Source: Schizochytrium sp. TIO01 (Eukaryota; Protista; Bigyra: Labyrinthulomycetes). From it: a stretch of 64,000 nucleotides of DNA. Where the stretch lies: the NCBI GenBank assembly GCA_004764695.1, contig SMSO01000006.1:1193859-1257858 (forward strand). Reading direction: 5' to 3'. The position numbers and the translations under genes are program-made. Within the stretch, counting starts at the first letter, position 1. Every line of letters starts with the position of its first letter. Below are positions 55,401 to 61,400 of this stretch, piece by piece. The notes below the pieces were generated by a model. It was given only the letters and a program-made list of their open reading frames with translations, had not been told where the DNA came from and did no database searches.

Positions 55401-58400
55401 GGTGACGATCGTAGGCAACGTATTCATTCACCTAGTGTAAGTGGAGAGCCAATTCGAGCTGTTGATCATGACGCGGCCCCTCTTGAAGACCTATCACCGA
55501 GCAGTTTTCTGGACGCAGGGCATCATCAAGAGGAAGAAAGGCTTGATTCCCGCTCTGTGGCTCAAATCCTTTGCGTTTTTCAGAACTCCCCTCTTCGTTC
55601 AGCACCTCGAGCTCGAGCTTGGGCTTTCGCATTCCGGATTCTTCGTAAATTTTGTGAGCCCGAAGCAATGCTTCTGGGCGAAGGTAAAGCTCGTCTTGAT
55701 GCTGCCATTCAATCAGTTTTAACTGCTGGTGCTGCGATGGTCGCGTTACTAGAGTCTGATCTCGTCTTACTTGTCCGGTCTCTTTTGGTGTGCAGTCGAG
55801 GCCATGTTCATGTTATCTTTCAAAAGGGCCTTCTTGATATGCTTGTTGACGCGTTTTTGGTAGCGAGCCCGGTGAACCCTCGCTTGTACAGGCGTTTGGT
55901 ATTAGCTTTGACAGAGTCATTCACAACTGATGTAGATCCAGCAAGTGGCTTGGAGGAGGCACCGCTAATTTCTCTAGTTGAGGCTGTATCGACAGCAATT
56001 GGTACAGAAGCGCACGTGTCGACTGAAGCCCTTGCCAAGCCTGATCTGGATCTTCTTCGTGAAGTGCTTGAGCTCGTCTGCGCACCTCTTCGCAAAACAG
56101 ACGAACAGAGTGATGCCGCAGCGCATCTTCGCCAAGCCCTTTTGGATGCTCTCACCGTGTCTCGCGAAGGAGCTCCAGCACCAGTACATTCCCTATTAGA
56201 GTGGCTCTCAGACCCACCACAAAGCTCTGAAAATACTCGTGTAGCTCGTCAGCGCTTGAGTGAGATGATTGTGATGCTGCTTAGCGAAGTCCTTGGCCGG
56301 GAGAATGCCGCTGCCGCCCCCTTATTGGAGATTTGTGTATCTGCACTGCGTGATCCTCACGCCGGGCATCCGGAGCCAGTGGCGGCCGTGATTTATGCCC
56401 TCATCAGCCGGGAAGCTATGGCAACTCACTTGGTGCTTTCTCGAGCTAGTTTAGAGCTTGGTGTAGGAAATCCACAAGATATCTCAGAAGGATTGATGCT
56501 TCGTAGTCGTCCAAATAATGCAAACGACAGCTCAGAAGAAGATAGTATTGTCGCTTCACGAACAAGGGCACGCATTATGGCAAGTGTTTCGCATTCTATT
56601 TGCCAAGCTCTTAGCACCCCTTCCGGGCCCGGTGCTGCTGGCGGTAGCTCTGGTATTGGTAGCGGCTCATCTCAAGGGGCACTTGGTAGCTCGGGGGTAT
56701 CGGCTGGAAATCTACTTGCCCGTGTTCTGTCACGTTCTCAAGGGAACTCTTCCTCTCGCTATCCTGGAATTGGGTATGGCTCCAAGATTACCCTTCCCGA
56801 CTGTTTAATGAAGCGATCCGGAGGCCAGGGCGCTGGCCCGGGTGCCGGACCCATTCCTTTTGACATTTCAAGTCTCTGCATGGTTCGTCAAACATCAGGT
56901 CACCCAAGCTGTGGAAATGCAGTCCAGTCTGCTTCTGCAGAGAAGGTAACAGCTAGGCTCGCACAACTAATTGGGGCAAGCAACACGAGTGGCAATCTTT
57001 CGTATGGACGTTTAGGTTTTGCAATGGCATTGCAGTCTTCATCTTCAGTACTCTCCAGTCAGAAGAAAAACCAGATTGGTCTCAGCACGGGTGTTATGGG
57101 TCCGAAAATGTCATCACTGCCAAGTGGTGTTTCCAAAACCACCATGGGTAGTGGCAATGAAATTAAGGGCTCTGGTAGCATGTCAATTGCTCTTCTGGGC
57201 AATGCGACATCTAAAAAGACATCAAGCAGCAAAACTAGTGCGGGCGGTTCGGGGAGCTCATCTTCGAAGTCTAAAGCTCATGAGAGCTCTAGCGAGTCAC
57301 GTGGACAGGCAAAACCAGTGCAATATGTATTTGGACGTGGCGCGAACGAGAAATGGTCCATCACACTAGAGTTGCCGTGTGATTCGATCGTTCATGCCCT
57401 AGAACTCGACTTTCACAGCGACGTTACACTAGGAAGTTCGTCCTCTACTTCAACTTCATCGCATAGGCCAACGGAACTCCCCTCGCGAATTGCGGTTGAA
57501 ACTGGAAATGCAATCTCTCGAATGTCTCCATCTGGAATTACGTCGAACTTCCCTTGCAAAGCACAACATGATCGGTCCGTTGGTACTGCGACAATTTGTC
57601 TAGCAGCGCCCGTAACTGCTCGTTTTGTTCGGATCATTGTATTCCCGCCTCCAGAAGCTGACTTTGTGCCATCCCTTGCACCTAAGACTCTTGCGGAAAC
57701 CACAGGCCATTCAAGCAGTAGTAATTCTACAACCAAAGCAGCCACCTCGCTTGGTGGCCAATTCAACATTGGAGGATTCTCCTACGGAGGGTCGTACGGA
57801 AAAGACAATGGAAAGCTTGGAAATGCGCACCCAAGCAAAACACAACAAACTCTGTACACGAAGCCTCTTCCAGGAGACCTTATCGTTCGTGGACCAGATT
57901 GGAAATGGGGCGTACAAGATGGCGGACTAGGAACACGTGGCAAGGTTCTAAGTATCACTTCGTGGGGGGGGATCCCAGGCAAGGCTGTGCGTGTGAAGTG
58001 GCCATCCGGAGCCATCAATGCTTACCGCTGGGGATATGTAGAACACGGCGAGGCAAAATATGATCTTATGCATGTGCCCAAAAAAGAACCGAGCCGCCAA
58101 CGAGTTGTTATCCTTGCAAGACTGGGACTCTACTGTACCACTCTTCAACCGAGTCAAGCTCGTTCGGGTTTGATGAGCGTAAATCAACGCTCCCTCGCTC
58201 TATTTTTGGAACTTTGCGCAACTGCGTGCCGTAATTTCTCTGCTGTGCAAATGGAACTCGCGCACAGCCCTGCTGCGGCACAATTAGCTACCTCTCTTAC
58301 AGACTACATTCCTGGTCCGCAAACAAGCCGCCACGCGCGCGCAATTATCGGCATGCTCGCTCGTCACAATAGTGAGCTTGCCTCTTCATTACTACGTAAC

Positions 58401-61400
58401 ATGCTCGGACCTGCCCATTCATTGACACCAGCTCATGCTGCATTGGCTGCTGAGTTATGCACAATGCGCGATGAAGGCATTCAAGGTCGAATTCGCCTTT
58501 TGTGGAATTTTGTTTCTTCAAGTTTGCAGCGTGGTGAGCAGTCACCTATGCTTTTGCCCTTTTTCCAGGCTCTAGCACTGGCTGTGGAGCAATACTCAAT
58601 CTCTCACGGTGGTGACTGTTTGCATGCTACATCTGAGCGCCTCAGCTTCATTTTTGATACAAGTTCGAATGCATCGATGTCAGATTCATCTTCTAATAAA
58701 GACACTTCTTTGCAAGGTTTTGCGCAAGCAGCCCCTGAGGAACTCGTGAGCTTGCTTATTCATCTAGCACGAAGCGCTACGGCAAGTGCTCCGGCTGAAC
58801 AAGCTGCCCTTACACTTTTGTGTTCCCTTGTTCGTTGCGACTCGACGTTGCGGAAGATTACCATGAAGAACCTGGAGATAATGGCTGATGATGTTATTAG
58901 TACTATTGAAGATGGGAAAGAGTTTTTGCAGCAAACACAGGCCTTCTGGGGCCAAAGTGGTGGCGACGATGAAGACCTAGAATCTGTTGGTAGTGCACGG
59001 AGCAAGGGCAGCCAGGACGGCTCTGAACCCCGCATTGGCAGCAGTGGTAGTGTCGGCTATAACAAATGGCGTGGACCATGCAGTACCGACATTGCCAATG
59101 CTCAGTCATCGTTGAAGATTCTTGGAATGGTCTGTAGTTGTCATCCTGAGCTTGTGCATATGTGTCAAACAGTGTTGACTCGTTTAGCGGCCCAAATAGT
59201 TCCTACGATGGAGGTTGTTCATGCCGTTGAACGTGGAGATGTGGATTCAATGATTTCATCACTAACTTCTACACGGGGAGAGGACTCCTCGTCTTCCACC
59301 GGTGGTCGCCTAGCAAGTCCAAAACGTTCTGGAGTACCTTCTACTCCAAGTGGCACGAACCATTCCCAAGGTGTAGCAATCGAAATCGAGCAGCTCCTAC
59401 GTGGAGAGGGTGCAACGGGTAGCTTGCTCGATACACCACCATCAACGCCTCGGGGTCGTTCTCTCCCTGGTAGCCGCTCTCGTATAGGGCTCGGGGCTCG
59501 GCGCTTGCAGGGAACTTCAAATCGCGCGTCATTCAATTCACGTAAACGTGTCTGCGAATCGCTGCGTCTTCTCCTTCAAAAAACTCTCGGAGCCCTTTCT
59601 GACGCAGCCAAGACTGAAGTTGTAAAATCGCAGCTTGGTGATATGGGCCTCTTGGAGGAATTGTTAAATCAACTGATTGAATTTGACCGTGCAAAGACTA
59701 TCGCACAGAATGAGCGGAAACATCTTGATGATCTACTCAATCACTCACGTGTTAATGGTTCAGGTATTGTCAACTCCAGCAACAGTAACCTCGGACGAAA
59801 TATTGCTCTGGCAGCGCAGGGAAGCTCGAGTAGCGGGCTTGGTCATATCGCTTCATCTCGTTTGAGCGGATTAGATCCCAGCAGTAAGCTTTCGTCTGGA
59901 GATGCTGCAGATGTTGTGCGACTTATGCAGGAAAGTCTTCGCGACGATGCTTCAAATGAGTCATTAGCGCTGGCCGCTGCTTCGCAAGCTGCACTGGTTC
60001 GTGTTTGTGAAGCATGGAATGAATGCCACGAAACGGCTCTTGACCTTATGCGTTCTTGTCTGAATCTTCATCCAGGCAATCAAACTCGCGTAGCAGATTT
60101 GCTTGTGCGACAAATTGAGGACAACTCAGGTTCTTGCAACTTTATCGTGAAAATCCTCTCAGAAGTTGCTGTAATTATTCCAAAGGTTGTTGTCTCAATG
60201 TGGCAACCTCAAAGCGTAGTAGAGGAAATAGTGAATGGTGCGCTTATTGGAGGTAGTACAACAACTTCAGGCCGTGCTTCCGAGCTAGAAGAGGTTTCGT
60301 TTCGGCTTGATCCAGATAATTGTGGCTCAACAATCAGCGTGAGCGATGATGGCATGAGTGCTACACAAATTTCATTTGAGAAATGGGGCATGGTTCGCGC
60401 TGACATGGAAATCCCCTCATCTGGTGTGAGTACTTGGGATGTATCAATTGATACAAGTCCGAAGGGTCATATTTTTGTGGGTGTTGCAACAGCTAATTCG
60501 AACCTTGGATCCTATCTTGGCAATGATAAACATGGTTGGGGCTACATTGGTAATAAAGGTGCTTGGCACAATAAACATAAGGTGAAGACCTATGGTAAAG
60601 ACTTCCGTTCTGGTCATGTGGTGACAGTAGTTATGGATATGGATGAAGGAATTCTTTCTTTTGCCGTGAACGGTGAGGATCAGGGTATTGCTTTTGATGA
60701 CGGTTTGAAGGGCAAACAGCTTTTCCCTGCATTTGCTCTTTATCAAAAGAATGATTGCTTTACGGTTACAAACTGCTCCATGGCAAAGGTCAAGTCATCA
60801 GATAGCTCCCGAGGAGCGCTGTCTTCAGCTAGCAGCAGTGGAGTAACTGATCTTAGCATGATGGGAAGCAGTGGTGACTTAACATCCCGTCTTCGCTTCC
60901 ATCGTTCGGGCCCAATATATACACTTCCTGCGTCTTTGACGGTTACAGAGATGCTTCAGCTAGGCGGTATCTCTGTGTCCCAAGAGAGTGATGAGAACTT
61001 GTCTGATGAAGTCAAGCAAAGCCGTGCAGCTGCCACAGGTGCATCGATCTCTGCAATGAGCCCAGGTTCCATGACAAGTGAATTATCTCTGGAGAGTTGG
61101 GATGAAAACAAGCCTCGTGTGATTCGTGAGGCTCCTCCTAACAACAAATGGGGCGTACTTGTTCCAGAAGGTGTGATGTTAGTTGATCACCTTGCGTCAT
61201 TTACTTTGAGCAGCTTAGTTGTTGAAACAGAGCTGATTGATTTAGTGCGAATTTCTGAGCTTCCTGATGATGTTCGTGTTTTGGATGATTCTGCTTTGAT
61301 GGACCTTGCTACTCGCAATACCAGTCGTACAACTGCAAAACATTCGATCCTCCACAAAGTGGCCGAAATGGGCGGACTCAACAAGCTCGCGCGTCTTGCA